DNA from: Phoronis australis
Taxonomy: Eukaryota; Animalia; Phoronida
Assembly (NCBI GenBank): GCA_002633005.1
Contig: NMRA01000946.1
Coordinates: 27,300-91,299 of the forward strand
DNA: 64,000 nucleotides
Reading direction: 5' to 3'
Position numbers and translations under genes: made by a program. This document shows positions 26,001-41,000 of the stretch, in pieces. Under the pieces are notes generated by a model. It was not told where the DNA came from. It did not search any database and was given only the letters and a program-made list of their open reading frames with translations. Numbering within the stretch: position 1 is the stretch's first letter; every line of letters begins with the position of its first letter.

Positions 26001-29000
26001 TTTTGTATTACAGACTATGTATGACGTCTAAATGACATATGTAGGACCACTAGATGGGGCTCCAGCTGATACGAATGCAGCCTTTGTTTTTGTACAGGGG
26101 AATTTCTGATAAGACCAACATAGCAGTCAGAGATTATTACACCCGTGCCTAATGTTACTAAACTGCTGCATGGTGTCAAGGCAACATTTACAAAAAATCT
26201 CAATTAGTACATTATCAATTCCACACGCCTTTTTACTTTTCAAGTGACTCACAGTTTTGTGGATTTATTACACAGTGAAACCTTCATTTATGAAACAATT
26301 CAACTGACATTTACTGTTAGCTAGATCATAAGCGCCCGTACGTGCTGCTCCATCACACTGACTAAATTGACGGAAATGACCTTAACCTGTTTCAGTCATC
26401 TTTGGTATTTGCATGTTTTATAGTTCGTAATTTCAAAACTCATTGTTTTAAATTAAGTAAGTACGCTGAAGTTACGTAACCGTGAGAAGTGTAATTTCAG
26501 TTGAAGCACAGCTGAGAGATATTGGCCAGTCAGCGATTTCACCAGAGAATTGAGGATTTTTGAAGTGTACAAACTGGAAAACTAATTGAGAAGTTTCATG
26601 GGTAAAATAAGAGGGAGACAGAGACGAGAGTGCCGAAACGTCAGCGTCTATACACAGAGAGTCAAAGTTTGACAGGATTGCTGAAGTACTTTCAATTTAT
26701 TCGAAAATATACATGTAGTTTGCGCGGGAAACCGATTGCAGTAGCTTTGATAGCGTCATACCCATTAACATTGTAGATTATGCTGACCACTTTAGCACGC
26801 GGAGCCAAAATTTAGTGCAGTTTGTTATCAACAGCTATTACGAAATAATCTCAACATAATCACCAGACGTATTTAGCAATATGCAGGATTATAAGCTTTT
26901 TGTACCATTGCAAAGAGTTGCATGCTTTTAAGAATTGACCTTAAAAGGTTAACTTTTGACCCCTTACCAGAGGTCGGCAGGTAGCGAGCTAACTGTAGCA
27001 ACCGCCGTTTATTTCAGCATTTTGCATTTTGGACAATCCAAACATTGCAGATCCAAAATTGGTGCTTGTACGCATTGCCTATAACTTCAGTTGCCAACGA
27101 AATGCTCAATACCTCAATATCGGGTGAGCGTGCTAATGTTTGTTAAACTCCTCGACACAGAATTCAACGTTTTACCGCTAAACACATGAAAAATGCAGGT
27201 TCTTAAATAGATTGTAAAGTGTGATTCACGATTTCAGTTGGTAATAAAATTGATTCAAGAGAATTCACGTACTGGCGAGACCCGGCTACAGATACCCTCA
27301 CATTTTGATGTGCAAATGTCAAATGCTGGGGGTGAAGTCCAAGTGTGAATGTGACAAGTAAAGTCTGAATTATTCAGAACTTCATGCGGGACAGATTGTG
27401 AACAAGTCATATATGAAAAAAATGCACATGTGTCGGTTCCCGAAACCAACCTTCACGACGAAGATTATTTCTTCTAGTAACATTAACAGATGATTGCCAA
27501 ATTTCATGATGTTGCTCAAAAATTGTAATTAGTTAATGTGCATATATGATTTTCAGCTGGTAGATGCTGGTAAAGCAGTGCTATCCGTTGTGAATGTATT
27601 ACTTAGGATGCGCCTTTATTTGTTTTTTCTTTAAAGGTATTAGTAAACATATCTATTTAGGTATATCTTCGCAGTAGTTTGCAATCGCTATTGTCGTTAT
27701 ACACCGCTGAATTTAACCCCTACAATTAAAAGAATACCAAACTGGGTTTTAGCCTATTAACAGGTATTAAAAACAACTTTTCCATTCAATTCTTTTATAA
27801 AAAATAATCCCCTATATTCCAAGCCAACCATCAAAACTTTGGAGGAAAATTTGAAAACTCATTTGAAACACTGCTAAACGGGCAAGCGTGACCTACGCGT
27901 TTAATGAATTACGTGGCAACTGTGGCGAAAGACCACCCACCAAGAACCACAATATCCAATTTGTGACGTAGGGAGCATCAGTTTTTAGTTGATTCCTGCT
28001 TCCACCGTTCAAGATTGACGCCACTGATGCATTAGCAACTGACCGGGGGATTGGTGGAAATCACCTAAACAGGGTTTAGTACCCTTTTAACATTTTCGAC
28101 AGTCGGCGGTTCCGATTGTAAACTGTTCCTTAACTGTTACAACCGTCAGAGTGTGAAAGAAGAGATGTTTCAATATTTTGAGACCATTTCTAATAGTATT
28201 CGATGATATACTAACTTTTTATGCAGCCCGCAAACAGTGGCTGCTGTGATTAAGTAACGTAGCGATCTCCGATAAGGAGTGACAATTTGAACAGACTTCA
28301 CTTAAAATTATCGACACAGTATGATAGTTATGGGGCTGCAAACTCTTTTGAACTCTTTTTAATCTGATAAATTGTTTTAAAACACTGCACACGTGACTTC
28401 CATGTAAACGGAAATACAGGAAGTTGATTTCTGCATGTGACCTTACTTTTCATTGGGTTGTGTGAACCAATTACTCACAAATTAACCATTGATGACAGTA
28501 CCCTCTGTCACAGCGCCACCTATACGAAAATGTGTCCTTGTGGAATGATGATGAACGTGTAATGCCTGTAATACCTGTCACTGACAGGATGATTGGGGAT
28601 TTGCTGGTGCATTAATACCGGCCTCCCAAGACCATCCCCGTGACAGCAGAATGCGCAAAACTCCAGGGCTGACCTTGCCTGAAAGCATATCGTTCGACGA
28701 CATACGGGCACGGCCCCTTTTGGGTGACTTTTAACAGCATGGCCAAATCACTGCTTCGAGCTACCATTGTTGAACTCAGCCAGATGAGACTAATTCTGCT
28801 CAAAGGTGCGTCGATGAACCAGCAGCTTAACATCGGACTAGTATAAATTCAAGAAAACAACAACAGTTTTAAAACTTGAGATGTTTCGGTGTCATTTATT
28901 ATTCAACACCATCCTCAGAAGTGATAATACAGTGACCACCTAGCTAGGCCCAGCGACAAGTAATGAAGCACAGATACAGTCAGTTACAGGGAGTGACAAT

Positions 29001-32000
29001 GAACTAGACCAACAATGACAACCTGTGGTGTGTCAGTTGCCTATTGAGATTGGGCTTGCACCAGCTGATGTGTAAAGCCTCACGAATGTTAAGCTCCTTT
29101 GTTGTTACTGCCTGGTCTATTATTGCAAAGTCATTGAAACAGAGTTACATGCGAATTCCTGTCAGAATTTAGATGTTCCTTGTTCCTGGTTTTCAAATGG
29201 CGAACAGTTTCGCCTAAATAATGACACCGAAACATGTCAAGTTTTTAAACCGTTGTTGTTTTCTTGAATATATGCTGCTACTTGCTATCATGGAGACTAA
29301 TATAAGTAGAGCTGGTTAGTGATTCATGAGCCAGCGAAGTAATCTGCACGCTCATTAATCAAGACACCAGCTTGGCTAGGTACGAAAGATCAGAAAACAG
29401 CTTGATGAGGGTGGCGTTATCGAAAGACTCGCTGGTTCCCTGAGTACTTAGCCCAGCCAGCACGCAGGTATCACGCAGTGGTACGCGCTTTGGCATTGGT
29501 CGATGTAACCTCGGCAGTCATTGGTTAGCTTTACGACACCGTGAAAAATGGCGGACTGTGAACGATTTTTAGCCTTGTCATGCAAGTGGCGTCGCAGCAA
29601 CTATTTTGTTTCTGCAGTGATGTTTAATAGCCGCGTGCTTGAAGCACATAGGCCTACATGTACCGAATAAACACATAGGCCTATCTGGCCGATTTAACCG
29701 GTGTGTTATTCATACTGTATAAACACAGGACACTATCGTAAACAAAAGTCATCGACAGTAGAAAGATGCGCAATCACAATTTCTAGGCTTCACATTTCCT
29801 GAACATAAATTTTAAGCACCGATTTGTCTGACTTTGTACAACAGAGCACATTTACACTTCCGTCCATCAGTCATGCGAGTTTATTTTCGTAAAGCGCTGC
29901 CTGTTGAGAATTCGACTAGCCAATCAGAAACACTGGTGTAAAAAAATTTTCCAAGGAAAATTAAGGAATACCTCTCCACCTAGCGGTACGCTAGTTGGCT
30001 GGGAGATTTCCAGACTGAACTTTCATCAACGCCGCCATAAGAATTTACAAAGATTATGGTATGGTTCTCCAGGTATAGGTGTGATAACTTAGGGCACGTT
30101 GGATAGCCTCAAACTCCATCCGTGTACTACTTGTGTAGATCTGGTGGCAGCCACTGCCTTCCACAATGAAATTGTTTGCACAAAGTATTTGCAGCATCGA
30201 AGAATCCATCTGTTGCTACTATGATGGCATCAAAACCGCCAAGCTGACAGCGCAATGTTTGGGCTACTTCAGGGCGCCATTCCTGAGCTTCCCTGTTGAA
30301 AAAGACGGTGACATTCGCAACATCAACCAATCGGCATGTTTGAATGTCACTTTCTAACCGATGGAAAAGTCAGAATGTTACTTTGCTCTGTTAACCCATT
30401 AGGTGTCACGATCAACCCACAATGCCATCTTACGTGACACTGGGAAAGTGTGTACCCATCAAGATCTACGAAATAAATAATGAGCAGTAACGGTCGACAA
30501 CCCCCAAATTTGTTTAGTAAAATTTGAAAACTTACAAAGTCTGCTAAAACAGCAAGCGTGACCTCTGCTTTAGGAGCGTTACGCTACAACTTAATGTTAT
30601 CAAATTTATAGCACAAAGAGTGTGTGCTTTTAGTTAAATTCTGCTTTTGTCACTCGAGTAAGATGCCTATGATACATAAGAAGGTGACAGAACGAGACGG
30701 AGCGAGAATTAATTGAAATCAAAACAAGGTTTGGTATCATTGCAATGACCAAAAATGAGCTTCTTAACTACCTCATTGTCATAAGCCAAGTTTAAAGAGA
30801 ATAATCCCAACTTAAATTGTTAATATCTTTGTAAACTCGCAATTTTAAGCTTGCATCACCCTTAACAGTGATCAGGAATTGTTTTAGGTAGTTATGACAT
30901 GTATTATTTGCTTCTAACATAACTGTTAAATAAATTGTATTTAGACGACTTTTTATCAGTTTTTGGCCGGCTCATTATTACGGATATCATTAAAAATTGC
31001 GGTCGCTGTACGTGGCGGCTAGTAGTTGTGTAAATGTATGTAAAAACAATGCTTCCGCTTCTATTGTGTAAAAAGGCAAAACAACCCAGCACTGGTATCC
31101 CGCAACCTTCGAGAATTACAAAACCGTCGGTAGCATCTCTTCTTGATCACGTTCTTGGCATGAGCATTCGCTTATTTTTCAAAAATTGTTGGAATACCCC
31201 AATACACATAACTATGCACAAAACGTTGAAAAAAGTTGTGCTTTACTCTCAAATTTCCTGAATTTCAGATCGTTACGTAATACTTGGAAACCATCGCGAC
31301 GCTTGGGTGTTCGGAGCCATCGACCCGAACAGTGGATCCGCCTGTATGCTGGAACTAAGTCGTGCGTTTGGGGAAATGGTGAAGAAGGGTGAGTTCTATT
31401 AAAGTTACTGTAAGCTAGTTATAAAAGCCATCAACTGTCAATTTAATATTTTGCCATAGTTTATTGTATGCTGTAATTCAGCCGTAGATTATAATTACTT
31501 CTATTAATTATGATTCTGTTCTTCTCATACTATAAAATCTATCAATAATACAAAGGGAGGACTCTAACGCTGAGTTGTTTCAATTATTCAGTGAATTTTG
31601 ATCATGAACACCAATAGCTTACTTTGATAAAGCTAATCACACACACGATTTATAGTGGTGATATTTTTGGTGTTGCTCTTTTGATTCGTGTTCATTTTTG
31701 TAAATTAGTGTTGATCAGTAATTGCTTACCGAATCATCTAAACCCTTATTGTAATAACGGAAGTAAAATCAGTTACCGTGTTTGACGTATTGCCGCGCCA
31801 TTAGGCCCATGGGCGTCTGTGGGGAACTGTGCTTATATGGGAAACTTAGACGCATTCGCCAATATGGGAACCACTTGGATAAAAAAGACCGCGAAAAGGG
31901 CATTATTTCGGATGTAGGCCTAAAAGTGCAGCAATACGGTAGCATTTGAATTGTCTAGTTCAATATGGAACGTCAACCTATCTTGTGACAAACAGCGAAT

Positions 32001-35000
32001 TTGAACGTTTTAACGTCAATCCTGAAATTTAATTTTCGAATTACTGTCAGGTACGTACATGTAGCGCACAAGCTTTTCAACTTCTATGTATTGCTTTCTA
32101 CATCTAGGATGGAGACCTCGGCGCACTATTGTATTTGCTAGCTGGGGAGCCGAGGAGTATGGGACACTTGGCTCCACCGAATGGGTAGAGGTAAGATGTA
32201 AAGAACAAATCTCTGGTCCCCCGTAAGCCCCCTGTGCTATTAAGAGGTTCGATTTATAATATGTCAAAAGCGGTAAAGTAATTGTTGTGTTTTGACATTG
32301 ATTAACATTTGAATAATTTTAAATAACAAATTATTTAAATCGAAATATTTGATTTTGCGTCAAATTCTTGTTAAATTTTATCAAATTTCAAAATTCCATC
32401 ACATTGAACAACAGGCGCAACCTTGAATTTATTTAAAAAAACTGCTCTTCTTATATTGTTCACATCAATTAAAACATTTCACAATCCCAACATCACAACA
32501 CAATCGCATGAAACGCCTATACATGTACTTCAGAAAGATTATGAAGACTCTTGATGCAAACACTGTAAAGTTTGTATATTTAGCCACAGTGCGTAGAGAA
32601 AAATTCTTTGACTCGATACTTTGTACTTCACTGTGCTTGTATGTATGTTTGCTATTGTACTTTGGGCCTGTGGCCTCGAATGCCATAAAGTATGGCATGG
32701 TGAAACATGAAACGCATCTAGCTAATCCTGAACTTGAAATGCAAAAAGCCGATAAAACGAATTCAGTTTAGCCAGACGTGCCTCTGCTTAGGTGTCTGTA
32801 ACAAAAAAAACAAAACAAAAAAAAATAAGGAAACTAAACCTCAGATTTGCAGTAGACAAAGACCATAACGATAGATAAAACTTTGTCGAACCCATTAGAA
32901 GATACAACAATCAATTCGTTGTTTCCATTCGTCCAACATTGTACATGTAACAGTATTAAACTAAATTCGTTAATCCTATAGCTAATCTTCAGAAACGGTT
33001 CTTACACTCAACAGTAGGTTATTACGACACTGTGGTAATGTGACTTTGAAAATTTGTGATCCTGAAGACATTGCTTGACCTTTCTTGTAGAACTACATAA
33101 AATCTCTTGCCGAGAGGACGATAGCTTATTTAAACGTAGACAGTGGATTTCAAGGTATGGAAAATTGTAGTGCAACGTTAAAGTCTCAAAACTAATTCTC
33201 ATTTGACGAGAGTAATATGATGCATGTTCTTAACGAACAACAAAATGAATTTTGTTCTTGTAAACATAAACGGCATACGTTGCAATTATAGTATGTGTGC
33301 AGATTTGACATCTTGTGCAGCGCGTGAAACGTGTCTCCTGTCAGAATGGAAAGGGCCTAGGTTCACTGAGAAAAATGTGTACATCTCGTAAGACGAGACT
33401 CTTCGTGAAAAACTAATACTGTTCTTGAGAAAATTTCTGCCCTAAATGGAATGTCATGACTTGTATTCTCACAGTTGTCTTGTTGCGCACCTGTTGAGTG
33501 TCTCACATGTCTTGATAGGTAACTACTCCATGAAAGCCAAGGGGATGCCATTACTGAATCACGTGTTGATTGAAAGTTCTAAAAAGGTAATGCACCTTTA
33601 ATTTTCTACATAAAACAGAAGTCACAGGCCACTTTACACTATCTGACTGCCAATCAAACGATTTCAATAAGTGATAATAAGTAATGAACTTTGGTTGAGG
33701 CATAATGAAAACATATCAAAAGTACTCACAGCGAAAACAAAAGGGATCACCGAGAGGCTTTCGATAGTGATCCGCCATCTTGTCCCCTCTGACATGATGG
33801 CGCATCGTCATCGAAAGTCTCAGTGATTCTTTTAATGTTTCGCGGTGATTAAGTTTTAAGAATATTTTTATTATTGATTTCATTGATGTAATTGCCTCAT
33901 TTTGATCAATTACTTAAATATGCTGTGTCTGATAGCACACTCGATAAATTTGAGTGTTTTGCATAGATCCGGCCTTCAGAGCACTTCTTGGAAGCCGAAA
34001 GTCCAATAACATTGGTGTCGTTACTGTCGCATTGGTGTCGTTATTGTCGTATTGGTGTTGTTACTGTCACATTTCAAAAAGGTTTGTTATAACTATGTAA
34101 TTATTTAGTCGTGAGGTTCGTTAATTGTTGAACTGAAATTTCTCTAAATCTGTTGCGCTGTTACGAGGTTTGTACTTGAAATGAAATTTCTCAATGTCTG
34201 TTGCTTCGCCCTGAAGTTTTTGGTTTGTTTGTACGCACGCTACGGGTAGCATTTTGCGTTCTATCTACATGAAATTCGCATCCATCATCTGTCTCATTAT
34301 AATCTTGAGCACTGTTCTTTGGGAAAAATCGGACTGAACGTGGGAATCCGACAGCCAGTTTTCGCTTTAAACTTGACAAATTTGTAGCTCTGCGAACCTT
34401 TGAAGGTTTCTTTTGAAATTTGGTACTTGGATAAATCTCGTTATAGGCTATCTGCAGTGCTTCATCCGTTTTATCGCTTCGATCCTCTGTTCTCGAATTA
34501 CTCGAGATTTACAGATGACTGACATCTGACACTGGTGCGTTTCTCAGGCCCCACCAACACGGGTAATATACCCGTCCTCCTGTTATTCACACGACCAATG
34601 TATATGGACTATGCGTTTCACATCTGCTGCTGTCATCAGCACCATCGTCAGCCAGTGGCTTTTTGGCGGTGCTAGCGAAAGAGGGGGAAGTGGTTTCCAA
34701 TGCTGAGGTCACTTTCGGCATTGGTGTCTTTTGTTTCATCGTCACGTCATCAGCATTTTAGTTATCGAAGGATGTCGGCTTTGCTGATGCCAGCGGTATC
34801 GTTGTGGGCGTTGGACAGCCTTTTGGGTCGTCAGTGATTTTCTAGTTCTTTGCCTGTTAGCAACGACATTGCTAAGGACGTCGCCATTAACAGTGTTGGA
34901 TGCGACATTAACAACATCCATAACATTTTCGGCATTGACAGCTCGTCGATTTTGTTGATGTCGCTGGGGGGCAGTTGTTGAAATATTCGGTGGCGATGTC

Positions 35001-38000
35001 GAGATATCCAAGGTTGCATACCCTCTCCCTCTGCTTCCGTGTCTCTCCACCCCCATCCCCCACCCGGCGCTTCTCTCTCCCTCTCTCTCTTGAGAGCAGT
35101 TGAGAGCGTTTGTCATCGATACGGACGCTGTTTTTGGAGTCATTCATTTACTTCCTTAATCAGTCGATTTCCATAGGATCTTAAGAGTAGGCTAATACAA
35201 GGCCAAGTGCATAGTGTGTAGGACAAGGTTTGCATCAGTGAAGGACAATTCCCGTATTCCGCACTTCGGCTCTTTCTAGTCGTGAGGTAAAATTATATTG
35301 GGTAAAATTATACTGATTGTACATGTACAACGGTGGCGCCGTGCGCACGACGGACTTCGCCGTGTTTTGTCTTCCAGAGCCGTCGGGGTGGGGTAAAATG
35401 TGACATCCCGCATCCATGGATATTTATCCAACTTATCTCACTTCATTGAATCTGCATTGTAGCCGACGACACAGCAGTAATACTTTTCCGGCACAATTTT
35501 AATATGTAAAATAGAAAGTATTCAGACGGCAGATGCCAACATGTGAATCTCCACAGGAGCAAAAGCAAGGCTGACCTACCTGCCGCATCTGGAGATGTGC
35601 CGCTATTTCGCACCTCACGGGATGGGAGAGCGAACACTGCGGAAGGCGGGAATTAGTACACACTGTGAACAAGGGTTCCGATTCGTGCACTTGATAGTAT
35701 GGCTAGCCTTCGGTACTAAGTTATTCAGTGACGTCATTTTATGACCAACAATGAGTCACAAGTACATCGGAGCCCTCTAATCCATAGTGGGAAATAGTCT
35801 GCACCGGTGCAGCGTAGGCCTGTGTTCGTTCTCTTGCATGTCAAAAGACAACTTTTGAAATCATTCAGTCCGCTTCTTGTCAGGAGATAATTGGTATTTA
35901 TTTGAAAACAAACCATCAAAAGAAATCAGAAAGCACGAACAAACTTTTCTAGACGGTAGAAATTTAGTAATCTTTACATGATGTGGGTACTACGCTTTTG
36001 TCTCTAGGTGTGAAATAGTGATTTATAGCGGAATTACATTGCACAGGTACCAAACCCTGACCCTTCAGAGGTGGCAAAGGGCAGAAGAACAGTTTATGAC
36101 ACGTGGGTGTTGCGGCAACCGAAACTGGACAAGGACGGGAAGAAATTGAATGTGCCCAGGTGAGTGATCGCTGAACCCGTCAGCCCCGCAGGGTTCGTTT
36201 CTTACGAGATGTATTGCGATATCACTTAAGACCATGTCTAGTCCCAATTAGGCGATTGAAATGAAAGTGCTTCGAGAATAAGCTTGGGACCATACTATCA
36301 TAGATTAGCAAAATGGCCGCCAGACAAGGGGTCGATTGGCGAAGCCGAAATGTAGAGTTATGGGAGAAAATTCAGGGTATCTTTGAATTCTCGCAGGTTT
36401 CCTACTTTAATTCCCAGAACGCAGCCTTGCCTCCCGTTCAGTAACGCTAGGGCCTCGCTAAAAAGCAAGACTTCGCGAGATTACGTGAGATATTGCCGTG
36501 CATTTTAAATGAGAACACGTGACTTTGACTAGGTCTTAGTTAGGTCCTAGCGTAGGTCCTAGGGTCTACTGAACGCACACCTGGTTTGCTTTTGAGATTA
36601 ATGTCTTCGTTGTTAATAAACAATAACATGAATTCTCCAACAGGATGTTGTTCAGTTACCCGGCAATTTTAAGGCCGGAAGCCCATTTTTCAGAAATAGT
36701 TTTCGTCAAGGCCCTTGTCATCATCCGCCTTCACGTTCAAACATGTGGGTCCAGGTCTGATGATTAACCTAATGCCCCTGTTACCTAGGCATTGTCACGG
36801 AGTGTTCGACAGCTCTAACCCTGGACCACGTTCTCTGTGAACCATTCAGAGACATAACAAACTAATGCTTTTTGTAAAATATTTGTATGACTACTTGGAT
36901 TTCTCTTATATGATGAAATTTTCCCTGGTTAGTGGAATCAAATAAATGTACTTGTCGATATAATGCATTGTCGTGTGTTCAGGATACAGAAGATGGGGAC
37001 CAACAGCGACTTTCGAGCGTTTGTTCATCTTGGAGGCATCCCGTCCTGCGACATAAGATATACATTCGATCACGCAAGTATTGATACTTACAGTTTGTTC
37101 AGACACATTTCACTTGGTAATTCGGTTTTAGAACTTTGTTGTTGTCCTGTTAACAGTCACAAAGGGCAGCTTTTATTATACACTGGAATACCACACACGA
37201 ACCGAAGAATACTTGAATCCAAACAAATATCTTACCTGTGATTTTGCAAATTACGAACTTTTTGTTAAATCTCTAATGCATCGGGAGGTTGACAAATTTC
37301 AGGAGGTTTATAGAGTTTTTGAGAAAATTGGTCAGTTTATATAACAACGTTCGTATTTGCAGACGCTGGATTTGACTACCTATCCGCTCTACCATTCAGC
37401 TTATGAAACCTTTTATTTGGTTGATCAAGTTTTGGACAAAGATTTCAAGGTAACTTATTCATCGTAGAGAAACAGTAACTAGTAACTAGTAATAGTTTTC
37501 GTATACTTTGTCAAAAAAACAAAGGCACTTTCGGGTGTGGCGGCTCTCCAATATATACGCTTTTTGTCTAAAGGTTCACGAGGTGCCCTGGTTGTTCATG
37601 CAAGCAACGGCCAGCGATCGATCTATGACAAAGAGTGCTTCACACAAAACAAACTCATGACCTGTGCCACCTTTTAAAGGATACTAAGCCCTGTTTTGAT
37701 GATTTCAACCATTCCGCGTCCTGTCACCTGCTAACGCGTCATTGACGTCAATCTTCAAAGATAAAAGCAGGAATCAACTAAAAACTGAAACCCGCTATCT
37801 CACAAATGGTACATTATGGTCCGTGGGGGGTGCCTTGTAATTAGCTAAAAGCTTACCCTTTAGCAGGCACTAAAATGTTTTGAAATTTTCCTCGAAACTT
37901 TTGAGGATTAACGAGGGTTACAGAGCGTTATTTTGTTTCACAAAACTGGACAGGAAAGTCGTCTTTAGCATCTGTTACTAGGCCAAAACCGTATTTGCTA

Positions 38001-41000
38001 TCCTTTAACGAATTTCACATGTAGGTGTGGACATCAAAAATAACTCGAACATCTATTGGACATTTAGCTGACAAATACCACCTGTTATTTTAAATACACT
38101 ACCGTGTATTTAAGAAACCATTAAAGGGGTTACACAGCCCTGTTCCGTCCAAGAAGCGACCACTGATCACTATGAAATTGGTCTCAGCCTGTTCCTTACT
38201 CAGATGAGAAGCGAATTTTGAGTTTTCAAAGAACTCACTGTTTGTGATCCCATGACGTCATGCAAGGTGTAGAGTCTTTTCACAAGCACCAACTACCTAC
38301 CAGTTTTCTCGAAGCCCAGGTCTGGAGTTTTTTAGCACAACCCTAGAAATCGCTTTCGCATTGTATCCAGGTTCTCATTCACTCCCTTGTATACATTCAC
38401 AAGTAAAACCGAGCTCAGAAGAGTAGGAGACATCTTTGTGCAATGCTCGATTGTCTTTCAGTAAAGCCAGGATTCGAGCCCGGGTCTCCCAAACGAGAAT
38501 TCGCGGCTCAAACGTCACATCCAACTTGACTAAGGACAACTTGAGACCGATCTAACAATAGCGGTTAAGTGGTCTAAACCAAAAGTTGGTTTTTGTGTTG
38601 AAATGGAGCTGATAGCTGCTTCAAACAAACGATGAACACTTATTTGTGTCGTCCTCGGGTGTGTTTGTTATTTTTGACAGAATTTGTATGCTTTTCACTT
38701 TAGTTTTTAACGGCGACAACTCGATTTTGGGGCGAAATAGCTCGGTCATTGGCTGACGAACTGTTGCTACCTTTCGATGTAAAACACTACAGTGAGGCCC
38801 TTCAAGATTTCACAGACAATTTCATGGACGGTTACGCGGATAAAATGAAACAAAATGGACTGCAGCAAGGATTAGGTAAACCAAGAGTGCGAGAACAAAA
38901 CATTCTCAGGTTAAACTGTAATGGTACTTTGTGACGGTCATTTCCTGTTCTTTTTGCTTCATTACGAGTCTGAAAGGATTTGAAGACGCGGTCTGTTCTT
39001 GAAATCTAGCAAACTAAGAAATTATATTTTTCTCGAAAGATTAGTGTATCAACGATGAAAACAAATCCCGCTTGTAAAGTAATATTTATACATCACAAAC
39101 TACATTGTATGATGACGTAATATAGCCAACAGGTGGCGTGGGGACCAGACTTAAAAACGTTTATGATCTATATATCCGCCCTGATTCAAAGCTTACATAT
39201 TTATGTAATATTTATAGAAATGACAACAGAAGAGCGAATGTTACTGGCGTTACCAAAACGTGTTTTTCTGTTTATCACACGACGTAATCACTTGAACTTA
39301 CACCTTATCAAATCAGACATATGCTGCGCTTCATTTGATGCTATCCTTATAAATAAAATGTCGACATCAGAATCGCAACAAGTTTACCAGACATAATGAA
39401 GATGCTGTCCATGCGGCGACAGCCGTTGGCACAAGTCACCTTGGAGACCACCATCGACAGAAACGAAGGAGTTATGCAATTTTCCTACGCTTCTAATGTT
39501 TTGTGCGTTATTGACATCTGATGGTCATGGTGGCTTTTAAGATTTGCTTTCATTGTCAGCACGGGTGACTACCCGAGGGCTATGTTTTTGAGAATCACTA
39601 TTAAAAATCAGGAGTGGACCACTGGATTTCAACGGAGCTGTCAAAAGTAATCCAAACAATGCACACTTTTAAAATGCCCCCTTGCTTAACTCTTTTCTTT
39701 ACGTTGTCAATTCATGTATTTAGAACAGCGCCGAGTTTTAACATGTATTCTTTGACTTTTTCGCTGACGTTTGTTCAGTATTATGCTTGTATTTCACAGA
39801 TTTCTTGCGAAAAGCAGTCGCTAATTTTGGCAAGGCATGTGAAGATTTCTCGAACAGATTGAACGCGGTGAACAAAAAGGAGTAAGTTAAGAAATTGCTC
39901 AGTTCATCTGCAACAATTAACTTGTGCCAAACAGACGTCATCTGTGCTCTCTTTTGATAATTAACTCGAAATGCTGTATTTTATATTTTGGTGTCAATTC
40001 AAATGCACATCCGATCCATAGAAGAAGCCAAAGAATCATCAATAATACAACTGTTTCACACATGAATGGCAATTTTATAAGGCTGATAAATCTTTGAAGC
40101 AGTACAAGCAACCTCGCGTAACTCGTCATCGCATAACTCGTCAGTTTACACAAGTCGTTACTTTTTGTTGGTCTCGATTACACGCCCATTCATTACAACT
40201 AAGAGTTCGCGGTTAAGTCGTCGTTATCGCTTAACTCGTCACTCAAGTGTGAAATCTTTCCTGCCACTTAAAGTAACAATTTTTACAAAAATCGTCACCA
40301 GTGGATTTGTGCTGTCAAGCGTATTCGCGACGAATATGATCGTGTTGCAGAGAGCTGTCAGATTTTTCTCCAATAAAAGAATTTTACAGATTCAACGCGC
40401 ATGCGTCTAATTGCAGAGCTTTGATGCATCTTCTCTAAGCGAAGCATTTGAGTAGAAAAATATTGCAAAAAACAAATTATTTTGCGTATTGGCGCATGCG
40501 CTTACTTGTAAGGTTTTACAGTAGTTTTTTATTGAAAATTTGGCCATATGGCAAAAGCCATGTACCATGAAATAAATTCCAAACGTAAATCGCGACAAAA
40601 ACAAGCTTTTTCTGTACTTATGAAACTACAAATTTTCTTATCACTAGTAATCGATTATTAAGAAACAGAGAATTTTTCATAATGGCGCTCTCTAGAAACA
40701 AAATTGACTTCCACTCTATCCCGACTCAGATTTGGTGAAGAGAAATTCTATGACTACATAGTGGAAATTTGCCGGCATTACGATAACAGGACAGACGTTA
40801 AAGCGCTCTTTACACCAGTAGCCCGTGATTCCCATGGAATCTGCAGGTGGCGCTAACACCTGTCCGCCGAACACCTGATTGCTGTCTGGCGAGATAATGA
40901 CTTTCAATATGGCCCGACTATTTCGAAATTTAGCTATTGCCATAGCCGGCTATCATCTCTATGCCACTGCAAATATATTGCACTTATATTTAAATCCTTG

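Noticed and set aside
30090-30470. Coding-like fragments in intron 7 of paralog B
   Set aside because: Short, interrupted and unassignable by eye.
32508-32771. [16 protein letters not shown] looked like a duplicated or mutually exclusive version of exon 10
   Set aside because: Similarity is marginal, the NVD zinc-ligand motif is absent, and splice phases do not fit.
34590-35420. Minus-strand ORFs and a TGGCGCCG PBS-like motif suggesting an LTR element or nested gene
   Set aside because: No paired LTRs, no gag/pol motifs and no convincing exon structure.
38460-38525. B-box-like sequence on the minus strand suggesting a tRNA gene
   Set aside because: No cloverleaf; at most a decayed tRNA-derived SINE head.
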